From Vulcanimicrobiales bacterium (lineage in GTDB: Bacteria > Vulcanimicrobiota > Vulcanimicrobiia > Vulcanimicrobiales > Vulcanimicrobiaceae), in NCBI GenBank assembly GCA_038215615.1, contig JBBQQR010000001.1, positions 1 to 64,000 on the forward strand: a stretch of 64,000 nt of DNA. The letters run 5' to 3'. How positions within the stretch are numbered: the stretch's first letter is position 1; each line of letters begins with the position of its first letter. Below, in pieces: positions 1 to 9,242 of this stretch. The notes below the pieces were generated by a model, which was given only the letters and a program-made list of their open reading frames with translations, had not been told where the DNA came from and searched no databases. The translations under genes and the position numbers were made by a program.

Positions 1-432
1 GGATTGACCTATGTGATCTGGGGATTCGCGCGGCACGACCTGCGCGAGCTCGTTTTACGTCCGTCGGACGTTCCCAAACTGCTCCCGATGCAGCTCTACT
101 ATCTGCGATTGCGAAAAGAGCCGCCGGTACATGGGAAGTACAATCCGCTGCAAAAGCTGGCCTACACGCTGGTGCTTTTCCTCTTCGCGCCGCTGATCGT
201 TTTGAGCGGACTTGCGCTGGCGCCCAGTTTCGATGCGGCGTTCCCTTGGGTGACCGTCCTGTTCGGCGGACGGCAGTTCGCGCGGTTGTGGCACTTCGTT
301 CTGATGGTCGCGCTCTGTGGATTCTTCGGGATGCACATAATCTTGGTCGCGACAACCGGCATTCGCAATCATATCGTCGCGATGATTACCGGCCGCTATA
401 AACTCGGCGCACACGATGGTGTGGGCATATGA
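1..432 (+). CDS. Cytochrome b/b6-type membrane protein (Ni/Fe-hydrogenase/thiosulfate-reductase cytochrome b-like), 5' end outside window
   Basis: KYNPLQKLAY and GGRQFARLWHF...HI motifs with heme-ligand His; stop overlaps the downstream Mo-enzyme start (ATGA). Confidence 0.8.
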   Translation, partial: GLTYVIWGFARHDLRELVLRPSDVPKLLPMQLYYLRLRKEPPVHGKYNPLQKLAYTLVLFLFAPLIVLSGLALAPSFDAAFPWVTVLFGGRQFARLWHFVLMVALCGFFGMHIILVATTGIRNHIVAMITGRYKLGAHDGVGI

Positions 433-1169
433 AACGGCAGCTGTTTATTGCGACCGGCCTTTCGGCGGCGCTGGCCGGCTGCGGCGCCATCGGTACGAAA
501 CTCACCGGAAACGATCGCGTGCACTCGATCCTGAATGCGGGCGAAAATCTCGATCTCGCGCTGATCGGAACGCACGGTTTGGTGCGAGAGTATTCTCCCG
601 GCGACATTTCGCGCGACTTCCCGATCAACTCGCTCGACACGCCGGCGGATGCGACCTACGCACATCTCACGCGCGCTGCCTTCACTTCGTACCGCCTTGT
701 TGTTGACGGCATGGTGGACCGGCCGCTGTCGCTGTCGCTCGCGCAATTGAATGCGCTGCCGCAAACGTCGCAGATTACGCGCCACGACTGCGTCGAGGGT
801 TGGAGTGCGATTGCGCAGTTCAGCGGCGTAGCTTTGCGCGACGTCCTCGCACTGGCGAGTCCGCGCAAGGGAGCCGGATTCATCGTCTTCCGCACGTTCG
901 ACCGCGACGCCAACGGCGTTCCGTATTATGAAAGCCTCGATTTCTCGCAGGCGCTGCATCCGCAAACGCTGTTGGCACTGCGACAGAACAGCGCGCCGAT
1001 CGCACCCGATCGCGGCGCACCGGTCCGGCTGAAAATCCCGACCCAGCTCGGTTACAAGAGCGCCAAATGGGTGCGCTACATACAAGTGGTTCCGTCGCTG
1101 GCTCACCTGTTCGGCGGCAAGGGCGGCTATTGGGAAGACCAGGGCTACCAGTGGTACGCCGGTATCTAA
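429..1169 (+). CDS. Molybdopterin-dependent oxidoreductase (sulfite oxidase/MsrP-like), putative lipoprotein
   Basis: HDCVEGWSAI Mo-ligand Cys; GAPVRL..P.QLGYKSAKWV; GGYWEDQGY; N-terminal LAGC lipobox. Confidence 0.88.
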   Translation: MKRQLFIATGLSAALAGCGAIGTKLTGNDRVHSILNAGENLDLALIGTHGLVREYSPGDISRDFPINSLDTPADATYAHLTRAAFTSYRLVVDGMVDRPLSLSLAQLNALPQTSQITRHDCVEGWSAIAQFSGVALRDVLALASPRKGAGFIVFRTFDRDANGVPYYESLDFSQALHPQTLLALRQNSAPIAPDRGAPVRLKIPTQLGYKSAKWVRYIQVVPSLAHLFGGKGGYWEDQGYQWYAGI

Positions 1170-1244
1170 TCGAGGCTTAAGGGAGCGTCCGAACGGCTGG
1201 TTGAACCCCCGCGTTCTACCTTTGTAGAAGGAGCTATTATTTAC

Positions 1245-1946
1245 ATGAAGCTTTTACTTACCGGGCTTTCCTTAATAGTGCTGACCGCATGCGCGAGCGC
1301 CAACGCCGCTATGCAGCCGGCTCAGTACAACAGTGCGCCGCCGGGCAAAGTGGTCCAGGATGTGGTCACCTACTTATCTGGCGAGGCCATGAATTCGAAA
1401 TGGCACGTGGTTTCGAGCCGCGTTCTCGTCGGAAAAGAGAATGGCACGACGCCGGCCTATCAGTGGTACATTTCCGTGTACGCGCCGGGACCCAACGGCT
1501 CGACCCTCGCTTGGCGCACGCCGAGCGCCGGAAGCTCGTTGCTCTCCAGAGTCACGAAGGCGAACGGCGCGCAGCTGTACTTCCCGCAGCAGAGCGTCAG
1601 CATCATCGGCGGTGCTGAACTCGAACAGCCCACCGTGCAGGATGCGGTCGTTCAGATCCACCAGTCGGCCGCGGATTGCGGTTCGTCGATGGTCGCCATC
1701 ATCGGCGCGTACGGGCACGCAATGAAGCCCACGGTTCGCGCGAGCGTTGAAAACGGCTGCGACTTGCAGGCGAAGATCGTAAAGTACGGCCAAATGCAAG
1801 CGGTGCAGCTCACCGGCCCGTACTACGGACCGAAAGCCGCGATGTGTTGCCCGACCAAACCCAAGGCAACAGCGATGCTGACATACTCCGGCCAAATTCG
1901 CGGCTGGAGCGTCACGCCGAAATACTTTACGGTGAAGTTCTTCTAG
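1245..1946 (+). CDS. Hypothetical lipoprotein with Cys motifs (CCP, LppP/LprE-like)
   Basis: AAGGAG SD, signal peptide with LTAC lipobox, AMCCPTK motif. Confidence 0.65.
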   Translation: MKLLLTGLSLIVLTACASANAAMQPAQYNSAPPGKVVQDVVTYLSGEAMNSKWHVVSSRVLVGKENGTTPAYQWYISVYAPGPNGSTLAWRTPSAGSSLLSRVTKANGAQLYFPQQSVSIIGGAELEQPTVQDAVVQIHQSAADCGSSMVAIIGAYGHAMKPTVRASVENGCDLQAKIVKYGQMQAVQLTGPYYGPKAAMCCPTKPKATAMLTYSGQIRGWSVTPKYFTVKFF

Positions 1947-2515
1947 ATCCGGTCCGTCGATCGATCGAGGGCTTCCACCAGCGATCGATCGACGGGCATG
2001 TGCGGCAGGCCGCGCGGGTAGTCGCCATCGGCGTGCGCCGCCGAGTATTGGTCTGAAATCGCCGCCAGGTACTCGAAGTTTTCCCAGAGCTGAGGCGATG
2101 TGTTTTCACGGACGTAGGTTGTCACCGGCGCCAGGGCGTTCCAATTTCGCAGCACCACGTACGACCAGGCATCGCAAGCGATGTCGCGATCGATGATCCC
2201 CTTCTTGACGAACAAGCCGAGGCTTTCGAAGAAATTGGCGACCGTTCCAATCGCCTGATATTCGTCGACAAAGGGCAGTTGTGCGACTTTGCGCGCTTCG
2301 TTTGGATCTGCTAGCCGTTTAGGTAACTCGAAGGAGACGAAGCTCTGAGCCTCGCGAAATTCCGGTGATTCCAACGTTTCCCGACACTCGGTCAGCGCCA
2401 CGATTTGATTGCTGCCGCGCATGTGGCGCAGCTGCAGCAAAGCCGCGATCGCCGATGCGGCGATAACCACAAATGTGCCGAGCGTTCCGATCGCGGTCAG
2501 CCACTCAGGACTCAT
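1943..2515 (-). CDS. DUF4760-like membrane-anchored protein, copy 3 of tandem array
   Basis: MSPEWLTAIGT N-terminal TM; VANFFESLG..VK.GII and LWENFEYLA motifs shared with neighbours. Confidence 0.75.
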   Translation of the reverse strand: MSPEWLTAIGTLGTFVVIAASAIAALLQLRHMRGSNQIVALTECRETLESPEFREAQSFVSFELPKRLADPNEARKVAQLPFVDEYQAIGTVANFFESLGLFVKKGIIDRDIACDAWSYVVLRNWNALAPVTTYVRENTSPQLWENFEYLAAISDQYSAAHADGDYPRGLPHMPVDRSLVEALDRSTDRI

Positions 2516-3068
2516 GTCTTGCGCTTTCGGGCCAAGGTTCGGGGAGCGGAAGCCGCGGTACGTTCTTCGGGAACGTACCGGTCATGTGGGCGGCTGAATA
2601 TTCCTTGCTGATCGCAGCCAAATATTCGAAGTTCGTCCACAATGAAGGCGCGCGGCGCCTCGTTCGACGGCTTATTATGAGCGGCCGCAGACCCTCCCAA
2701 TTCCTGTCAACGACGCCTCCCCAAAGATCGCAGGCTATGTGATGATCGATAATGCCGTTTTTGACCAACGCCCCAAACGTTTCGAAAAAATTTGCTACCA
2801 TGCGGACCGGCTGATATTCCAACGGAAAGAACGGGGACATCAGTGCCTTGCGTACCGCTGGATCTTCAAACCGAGTGGATAACTCGCTGATAAAAAGCTC
2901 GGCGGATTGAAACGCCGGCGACTCGATCGTTTCACGGATCTCGTTGAGCGCGATGATCTGATTGCTGCCGCGCATATGGCGTAATTGAAATAGCGCAGCC
3001 GCAGCCGAAGCAGCAATAACCAGAAATGTCCCGAGCGTTCCGATTGCAGTAAGCCACTCAGGAGACAT
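2505..3068 (-). CDS. DUF4760-like membrane-anchored protein, copy 2
   Basis: Start reset to ATG 3068 (MSPEWLTAIG) by homology; VANFFETFG, LWTNFEYLA. Confidence 0.75.
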   Translation of the reverse strand: MSPEWLTAIGTLGTFLVIAASAAAALFQLRHMRGSNQIIALNEIRETIESPAFQSAELFISELSTRFEDPAVRKALMSPFFPLEYQPVRMVANFFETFGALVKNGIIDHHIACDLWGGVVDRNWEGLRPLIISRRTRRRAPSLWTNFEYLAAISKEYSAAHMTGTFPKNVPRLPLPEPWPESARHES

Positions 3069-3627
3069 TTGTTTGCTTCCCCAATTCAGGCCAGGGCGGT
3101 GAGCTCGGCATGCGCTCCATGCCCGCCGGATACGTGCCGGTCGGGTGCGCGTCGAACCAACGCTTAGAGAGCACTGCAAAGTATTCAAAATTCTCAAAAA
3201 GCGCCGGCGTTTCGCGTCCTATCCGCAAATTCGTGATGAACTCTTCCAAAAAGTTCCAATTGCGGAGCACGACATAGCCCCAAATATCGCAGGCGAGGTC
3301 GGCATCGATGATGCCGGCCTTGACCAGCGCGCCGGTCCCTTCAAAGAAATTAGCGACCGTGCGAACCGATTCAAACTCAACCAGCGTGGGACCGACCACC
3401 AGTTCCCGGCGTTCCCGATCGGCAAGCAGCCTCGTAAAATCATCGCTAACGTAGCGCAGCGCGGCCTGAAACTCGGACGATTCGAGTGTTTCGCGTACTT
3501 CCGTTAAGGCGACGATTTGATTGCTGCTGCGCATGTGGCGCAGCTGTAAGAGCGCTGCAATTGCGGAGCCGGCAATCACGACAAACGTGCCGATCGTTCC
3601 GATCGCGGTAAGCCACTCAGGCGACAT
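3058..3627 (-). CDS. DUF4760-like membrane-anchored protein, copy 1
   Basis: Start reset to ATG 3627 (MSPEWLTAIG), 2 nt after the carboxyltransferase stop; VANFFEGTG, LFENFEYFA. Confidence 0.75.
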   Translation of the reverse strand: MSPEWLTAIGTIGTFVVIAGSAIAALLQLRHMRSSNQIVALTEVRETLESSEFQAALRYVSDDFTRLLADRERRELVVGPTLVEFESVRTVANFFEGTGALVKAGIIDADLACDIWGYVVLRNWNFLEEFITNLRIGRETPALFENFEYFAVLSKRWFDAHPTGTYPAGMERMPSSPPWPELGKQTNVS

Positions 3628-3629
3628 CG

Positions 3630-5213
3630 CTACATCCTGAAGATGCCGAAATGTGTTTCGGCGAGCGGCGCGTTGGCGGCAGCTTCTAGCCCCATTGCCA
3701 GTATTTTTCGGGTCTCGAGCGGATCGATAATGCCGTCGTCCCACAAGCGTGCGGTCGAATAATAGGGACTGCCTTCATGTTCGTACTTGGCGAGGATCGG
3801 TTCTTCGATCTTTGCTTTTTCGTCTGCGGTGATGTCGCCCTTGACTGTCGAGAGCACACTGGCCGCTTGCTGTCCGCCCATAACCGAAATTCTCGCGTTC
3901 GGCCACATCCACAGTTGCCGGGGAGAATAGGCGCGCCCGCACATGCCGTAGTTGCCGGCGCCGAAGCTGCCGCCGATGATGATCGTGAACTTCGGAACTT
4001 CGGCGCAGGCGACGGCCATCACGAGTTTGGCTCCGTCCTTTGCGATGCCGCGGTTTTCGTACTCGCGGCCGACCATGAAGCCGGTGATGTTCTGTAAAAA
4101 GAGCAGCGGCGTCCCGCGCTGCACGCAGAGCTCGATGAAGTGCGCGCCCTTAAACGAGCTTTCGCTGAACAGAATCCCGTTGTTCGCCAGGATGCCAATC
4201 GGATGCCCCTCGATCCGTGCAAAACCGGTGACGAGCGTCTTTCCGTAGCGCGCTTTGAATTCGTGAAAATCCGATCCGTCTACCAGACGTGCGATGACCT
4301 CACGCACGTCATACCCGACCCGGTTGTCGGAGGGTACCACGCCGTATAATTCCTCGGGATCGTACTTGGGCGGTTCGGCTTTGGATGCATCCCACTGCCG
4401 TGGAAGTTCGCGGTGGAGATTCGCTACAACCGAACGCACGATCGCGAGCGCGTGCGGATCGTCTTCGGCAAAATGATCGGCTACGCCCGACAGGCGCGTG
4501 TGCACGTCGGCTCCGCCCAGATCTTCGGCGGTAACAATCTCGCCGGTGGCCGCTTTTACCAGCGGCGGACCACCCAAAAAAATCGTGCCGTTGTCTTTAA
4601 CGATCACCGTTTCGTCCGACATCGCCGGCACGTAAGCGCCTCCCGCCGTGCAGGAACCCATCACGGCCGCGATCTGCGGAATGCGTTTTCCCGACATGCG
4701 GGCCTGGTTGTAGAAGATCCGCCCGAAGTGATCGCGATCGGGAAAGACTTCGGCTTGGAGCGGCAGAAACGCGCCGCCGGAATCGACGAGATAGATGCAC
4801 GGCAAGTGGTTTTGCTCGGCAATTTCTTGCGCGCGCAGATGCTTCTTTACCGTCATCGGATAATACGTGCCGCCTTTGACGGTCGCATCGTTGGCTACGA
4901 TCACGCAGTGCTGACCCTCGACGATGCCGATTCCCGTGACGATTCCGGCCGAGGGAGCATCGCCGTCGTACATCTCATAAGCGGCCAGCGGTGACAGCTC
5001 CATGAAAAACGATCCCGGATCGATGAGCGCATCGACGCGTTCGCGCGCGGTCATTTTCTTGCGCTTGCGGTGCCGCTGCGTAGATTCGGGTCCGCCGCCC
5101 GACCGCGCGGCGGTGAGCGCGTCGCGCAGCTGCGCGGTCAAGCGCGTCATGTTTTCAAAATTACGTTTATATGTGTCCGTCTGAAGATTCAGCCGGGTCT
5201 GCAAGACAGCCAT
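3630..5213 (-). CDS. Acyl-CoA carboxylase carboxyltransferase (methylcrotonyl-CoA carboxylase beta subunit-like)
   Basis: [63 protein letters not shown]. Confidence 0.92.
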   Translation of the reverse strand: MAVLQTRLNLQTDTYKRNFENMTRLTAQLRDALTAARSGGGPESTQRHRKRKKMTARERVDALIDPGSFFMELSPLAAYEMYDGDAPSAGIVTGIGIVEGQHCVIVANDATVKGGTYYPMTVKKHLRAQEIAEQNHLPCIYLVDSGGAFLPLQAEVFPDRDHFGRIFYNQARMSGKRIPQIAAVMGSCTAGGAYVPAMSDETVIVKDNGTIFLGGPPLVKAATGEIVTAEDLGGADVHTRLSGVADHFAEDDPHALAIVRSVVANLHRELPRQWDASKAEPPKYDPEELYGVVPSDNRVGYDVREVIARLVDGSDFHEFKARYGKTLVTGFARIEGHPIGILANNGILFSESSFKGAHFIELCVQRGTPLLFLQNITGFMVGREYENRGIAKDGAKLVMAVACAEVPKFTIIIGGSFGAGNYGMCGRAYSPRQLWMWPNARISVMGGQQAASVLSTVKGDITADEKAKIEEPILAKYEHEGSPYYSTARLWDDGIIDPLETRKILAMGLEAAANAPLAETHFGIFRM

Positions 5214-5305
5214 GCGAGCGCGCTTTCGTTAAACGCGGATTAACACCCCGTTTCCAAGCAACCTTTAACCCCATCGCGGCGTTCATCGGCTAGAATGTGG
5301 ATGTT

Positions 5306-6799
5306 ATGGCCACTGCGTTAACGCCCCGCACCGATGTCGCCGGGATCTATCGTCCGGCGGGTCACCTCGAAGCCACCATGGCGCTCGCTCCTTATAAAGG
5401 AGCGTGGGATTCCCGCTTGGCGGCGCATCTGCTGCGCCGCGCCGGATTCGGCTCGTCGGCGGATGAGGCCGCGAAATACGCCAGCATGGACGTTCACGCC
5501 GCCGTCGATGCGCTGATCAACTTCCCATCCACCGATAGCTTGCCCGCGCCCGACGACTTGTACGACCCGCGCGCCGCCCTCATGCAATACTTACAGCCGG
5601 GCATGCGTCCCGGCGCGCTGGATGACATGGCCAAACGCAAGATCGGCCAAGACGTGCGTCAGCACGAGCGGCAGTCGGTTATTGCGCTGCAGCGTTGGTG
5701 GCTAAACCGAATGCTCGTCACGCCGGCGCCGCTGCAAGAGAAGATGGCGCTCTACTTTCACGGGCATTTTACGTCGGCGGCGATTCAAAAAGGCGTCTCG
5801 CCGGGACTGGTTTTCAATCAAAACCAACTTTTCCGAACGAACGCGCTCGGCAATCTGCGCGACTTAACGTGGCAGGTCTCGATCGATCCGGCCATGATGA
5901 TTTATCTGGATAACGCGCGCAGCGATCCGCAGCATCCGAACGAGAACTACGCGCGCGAGCTGATGGAGCTCTTCACGCTCGGCGTCGGAAACTATACCGA
6001 AGGGGACGTGCGTGAATCCGCGCGCGCTTGGACCGGGTGGATCTTCCGGCCGCGCGACGGCTCGGTGCAGTTCGTTCCGTTCCGGCACGACCAAGGGAGC
6101 AAAACATTCCTGGGTCAGACCGGAAATTTTGCCGGACGCGATATCGTAGACATCATTTTCAAGCAGCCGGCTACCGCGACGTTTTTTGCGAACAGCCTGC
6201 TGAACTTCTTCGTGTACAACAGTCCCGAGCCGCAACTCGTAGACGCGGTCGCCAAACTGATCCGCAAGAACGACTTCAACATCAAACCGGTCATGTCGAC
6301 GCTGCTGCGTAGCAACGTCTTCTACTCGAGCCGCGCTTACCGCGCGTTGGTCAAGAGCCCGGTCGAGTTTGCGATCGGCACGTATAAAACTCTGGACGCC
6401 AAACAGATCGACGATCGCGCACAGCGCACACTGGTGCAGATGGGGCAGATTCTGTTCTATCCGCCCAACGTCGCGGGCTGGCCGGGTGGCGCGAATTGGC
6501 TGACCAGCCAAACGGTCATCGCGCGCGAGAACTTCTTGGCTTCGATCGTCAATTCGCCGATGATGGACGGCGTCGACTGGATGCAGAAGATGCCGCTCAA
6601 AGCCTCGCAGGCGGCCAAAGAGCTGGTTGCAACCGTTCTGCATGGCGACGCGTCCGACCAAGGCGTCGCGCAACTTACCGATTATCTCAACGGCGCCGGT
6701 ACGTCGGCACTCGGCATGCTCTCGGGTGAGAACTATCCCGAACGCATTCGGGGAGCCGCGTATTTAACGATGGCGATGCCGGCCTACCAGTTGAACTGA
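5306..6799 (+). CDS. DUF1800 family protein
   Basis: AAHLLRRAGFG, PLQEKMALYFHGHF, NENYARELMELFTLG, PPNVAGWPGG; ATG 9 nt after TAGAAT (GTG 5297 is the alternative). Confidence 0.88.
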   Translation: MATALTPRTDVAGIYRPAGHLEATMALAPYKGAWDSRLAAHLLRRAGFGSSADEAAKYASMDVHAAVDALINFPSTDSLPAPDDLYDPRAALMQYLQPGMRPGALDDMAKRKIGQDVRQHERQSVIALQRWWLNRMLVTPAPLQEKMALYFHGHFTSAAIQKGVSPGLVFNQNQLFRTNALGNLRDLTWQVSIDPAMMIYLDNARSDPQHPNENYARELMELFTLGVGNYTEGDVRESARAWTGWIFRPRDGSVQFVPFRHDQGSKTFLGQTGNFAGRDIVDIIFKQPATATFFANSLLNFFVYNSPEPQLVDAVAKLIRKNDFNIKPVMSTLLRSNVFYSSRAYRALVKSPVEFAIGTYKTLDAKQIDDRAQRTLVQMGQILFYPPNVAGWPGGANWLTSQTVIARENFLASIVNSPMMDGVDWMQKMPLKASQAAKELVATVLHGDASDQGVAQLTDYLNGAGTSALGMLSGENYPERIRGAAYLTMAMPAYQLN

Positions 6800-6803
6800 G
6801 GAA

Positions 6804-8027
6804 ATGATGAAGCGCAAGAATTTCTTAGCCGGAACGCTGAGCGGGCTCGCAGTCGTCGCGAACACGCAGCACGTTTTCGCTCAAGCCCTCTCGCAGAGTC
6901 CCCTGCCGGGACTGCCGGGCGCCGCGAACCGCTGCCTGGTTCTGATCAATCTGCAAGGCGGAAACGACGGCCTCAACTGCGTCGTGCCCTTTGGAAATCC
7001 TCAGTACTACCAGCTGCGCCCGACGATCGGCATCTCGCGCAGCGACGTGCTTTCGATCAACGATAAGGCCGGCTTCAATCCCACGATGCGTTCGTTCAAA
7101 GCAATGTACGACAAAGGCATGGTGGCGGTCGTGCAAAGCGTGGGTTATCCCAACCCCGACCATTCGCACTTCCGGTCGACCGAGATCTGGCAAACCGCTG
7201 CGCCGGACAAATACGAGCACACCGGCTGGCTCGGCCGTTATTTGGATCAAGCCAACCTTCCCAAAGACAACCTATTCAACGGCGTCGCGATCGCGCAAGT
7301 GCTGCCCGAAGTCATGGTTGCCGGCAAGACCGACGTACCTGCCATCGCGCAGCTCAACGGCTACGGACTGATTAGCGACCGCAACAATTCGGCGAGCATG
7401 GCCTACACCAAACTTGTCGGTGACAACCGGCTGCCGTTCAGTTCGCCCTATCTCGCGCACGTCGCCGAGATCGAAGATCACGCGCAAAAAGGATCGCAGG
7501 AGCTTCCGAAGCTGATCGCCGGTTACAAACCGGCCGGCTCTTACCCGGCGACGCCGCTCGGCCGCAGTTTAGCGCTGGCCGCGCAGATCGTCGGCAGTAA
7601 CTTGGGAACGCGCGTGCTCTACGTGCAGCACGGTTCTTTCGACACGCACGTCGGCCAGAAAGCGACTCAAGATCGTTTGCTCGGAGAATTCTCCGATGCG
7701 ATCAAAGCCTTCTACGACGACCTGGCCGCGCACGGCAACGACAATCGTGTGCTGACCATGACGTTTTCGGAATTCGGGCGGCGCACGGCGGAGAACGCGA
7801 GCCGCGGAACCGACCACGGCGAAGCGTCTCCGCTCTTCCTGATCGGCGGCGGCGTCAAAGGCGGAATGTACGGCGCGTATCCCGATCTCTCCGATACGAA
7901 CATGGGCAATCTCAAATTCGACACGGACTTCCGCAGCGTCTACGCAACGGTGCTCGAGCGCTGGTTGGGACGTCCGTCGGCGCCGATTCTCCAGGGACAG
8001 TTCGCCACGATCGCCGCGCTCGGCTAA
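6804..8027 (+). CDS. DUF1501 family protein (Tat-like signal)
   Basis: LQGGNDGLN, VGYPNPDHSHFRS, FDTH, FSEFGRR..EN.S.GTDHG; canonical partner of DUF1800. Confidence 0.88.
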   Translation: MMKRKNFLAGTLSGLAVVANTQHVFAQALSQSPLPGLPGAANRCLVLINLQGGNDGLNCVVPFGNPQYYQLRPTIGISRSDVLSINDKAGFNPTMRSFKAMYDKGMVAVVQSVGYPNPDHSHFRSTEIWQTAAPDKYEHTGWLGRYLDQANLPKDNLFNGVAIAQVLPEVMVAGKTDVPAIAQLNGYGLISDRNNSASMAYTKLVGDNRLPFSSPYLAHVAEIEDHAQKGSQELPKLIAGYKPAGSYPATPLGRSLALAAQIVGSNLGTRVLYVQHGSFDTHVGQKATQDRLLGEFSDAIKAFYDDLAAHGNDNRVLTMTFSEFGRRTAENASRGTDHGEASPLFLIGGGVKGGMYGAYPDLSDTNMGNLKFDTDFRSVYATVLERWLGRPSAPILQGQFATIAALG

Positions 8028-8031
8028 TTAT

Positions 8032-8826
8032 GTGATCGAGATTCTTTTTTTGGGAACCGGCGGAGCGCGCTTCGTGGTGGCGCGCCAGATTCGCGCGTCC
8101 GGCGGCATGTGGATGCGCTTTGGAAAGACGCAGATTCACGTCGATCCCGGACCGGGAGCGCTGGTTCGCGCCTTGTCGCATGTGCCGCCCTGCAATCCGC
8201 GCGAGCTGGAAGCGGTTATCCTTTCTCATAAGCACCTCGACCATTCCAACGACGTGAACGTGATGATCGAGGCGATGACGTCGGGGGGGTTCAAACGGCG
8301 CGGTATGGTGCTGGCGCCGATCGACGCGCTCGAAGGCGAGCACGTCGTGCTTCCATACGCTCAGAAATTCGTCGAGAGGATCGAAGTCTTGCGCGAGAGC
8401 CACGGTCCCTACCATATCGGAGACGTCGAGCTCTTTACGTCGATTCGTCATTTGCATGCCGTCGAAACCTTCGGAATGCATTTCCGTTACGAAGGCCGCA
8501 CCGTTTCGTACTTGCCCTGCGGAAAATTCTTCGAGGGTTTGATTGACGACTACCGCGCGCACTCGCCTGACGTGCTTATCGTCAACGTGCTCCGCTTCCG
8601 CGACTCCATGGACGTCGACCATCTGACGTTCGATCAAGCCCGCGAAGTTTTGAGGGGCGTGCGGCCACGCGTGGCCGTCTTACAGCACTTCGGCACAAAG
8701 ATGCTCGAACAGGATCCGCCGAAGCTGGCGCGGGAACTCGAGCGCGAGCTCGGCATACGCGTGATCGCCGCCCACGACGGAATGCTGCTCGAAGCCGATA
8801 CTGAACTGGCCGCGCTTGCCGGTTGA
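8032..8826 (+). CDS. MBL-fold metallo-hydrolase
   Basis: FLGTGG, DPGPG, HKHLDH (HxHxDH). Confidence 0.85.
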   Translation: MIEILFLGTGGARFVVARQIRASGGMWMRFGKTQIHVDPGPGALVRALSHVPPCNPRELEAVILSHKHLDHSNDVNVMIEAMTSGGFKRRGMVLAPIDALEGEHVVLPYAQKFVERIEVLRESHGPYHIGDVELFTSIRHLHAVETFGMHFRYEGRTVSYLPCGKFFEGLIDDYRAHSPDVLIVNVLRFRDSMDVDHLTFDQAREVLRGVRPRVAVLQHFGTKMLEQDPPKLARELERELGIRVIAAHDGMLLEADTELAALAG

Positions 8827-9241
8827 GATTTCCCGCGTCGAAGTTCGCGATGTGGAAGTGTTTCTGCAGAAGAACGAGCGCGAAGCGCTCAAGACGCTCT
8901 TCAACTTCAGCGTGGTTTGGCACGAACAGCGTCACGATTTTGCGGCGCTCGACGGGGAAGACGTCGTCGGAATCGCCACGATACGCATCGCAGCATCGCT
9001 CGCGCACGTCGAACAGGTTATCGTGTTGCCCGAACGCAGGCTGGCGGGCGCGGGCCGGTCGCTGCTCGATCGCGCGGCTGAAGTCGCCAACTACTACAAC
9101 TGCCACAAAATGAGCGCGATGGTTCCTCACCGCAGTTCCGCCCAACAATTCTTGGAGCGCTGCGGGTACAAAGAAGAGGCCGTGTTACCGCAACATACCT
9201 TTAAGCTGGATGTAGCGGCGATGCGGAAATTTTTGCTGTAG
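8816..9241 (+). CDS. GNAT family N-acetyltransferase
   Basis: V.PERRLAGAGRSLL acetyl-CoA motif; FLERCGY. Confidence 0.8.
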   Translation: MPVEISRVEVRDVEVFLQKNEREALKTLFNFSVVWHEQRHDFAALDGEDVVGIATIRIAASLAHVEQVIVLPERRLAGAGRSLLDRAAEVANYYNCHKMSAMVPHRSSAQQFLERCGYKEEAVLPQHTFKLDVAAMRKFLL

Positions 9242-9242
9242 G

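Noticed and set aside
1943..3627. Integron cassettes or a diversity-generating retroelement as explanation of the paralogue array
   Set aside because: Genes overlap with no attC-like spacers; no integrase or reverse transcriptase in the window; differences do not appear adenine-specific
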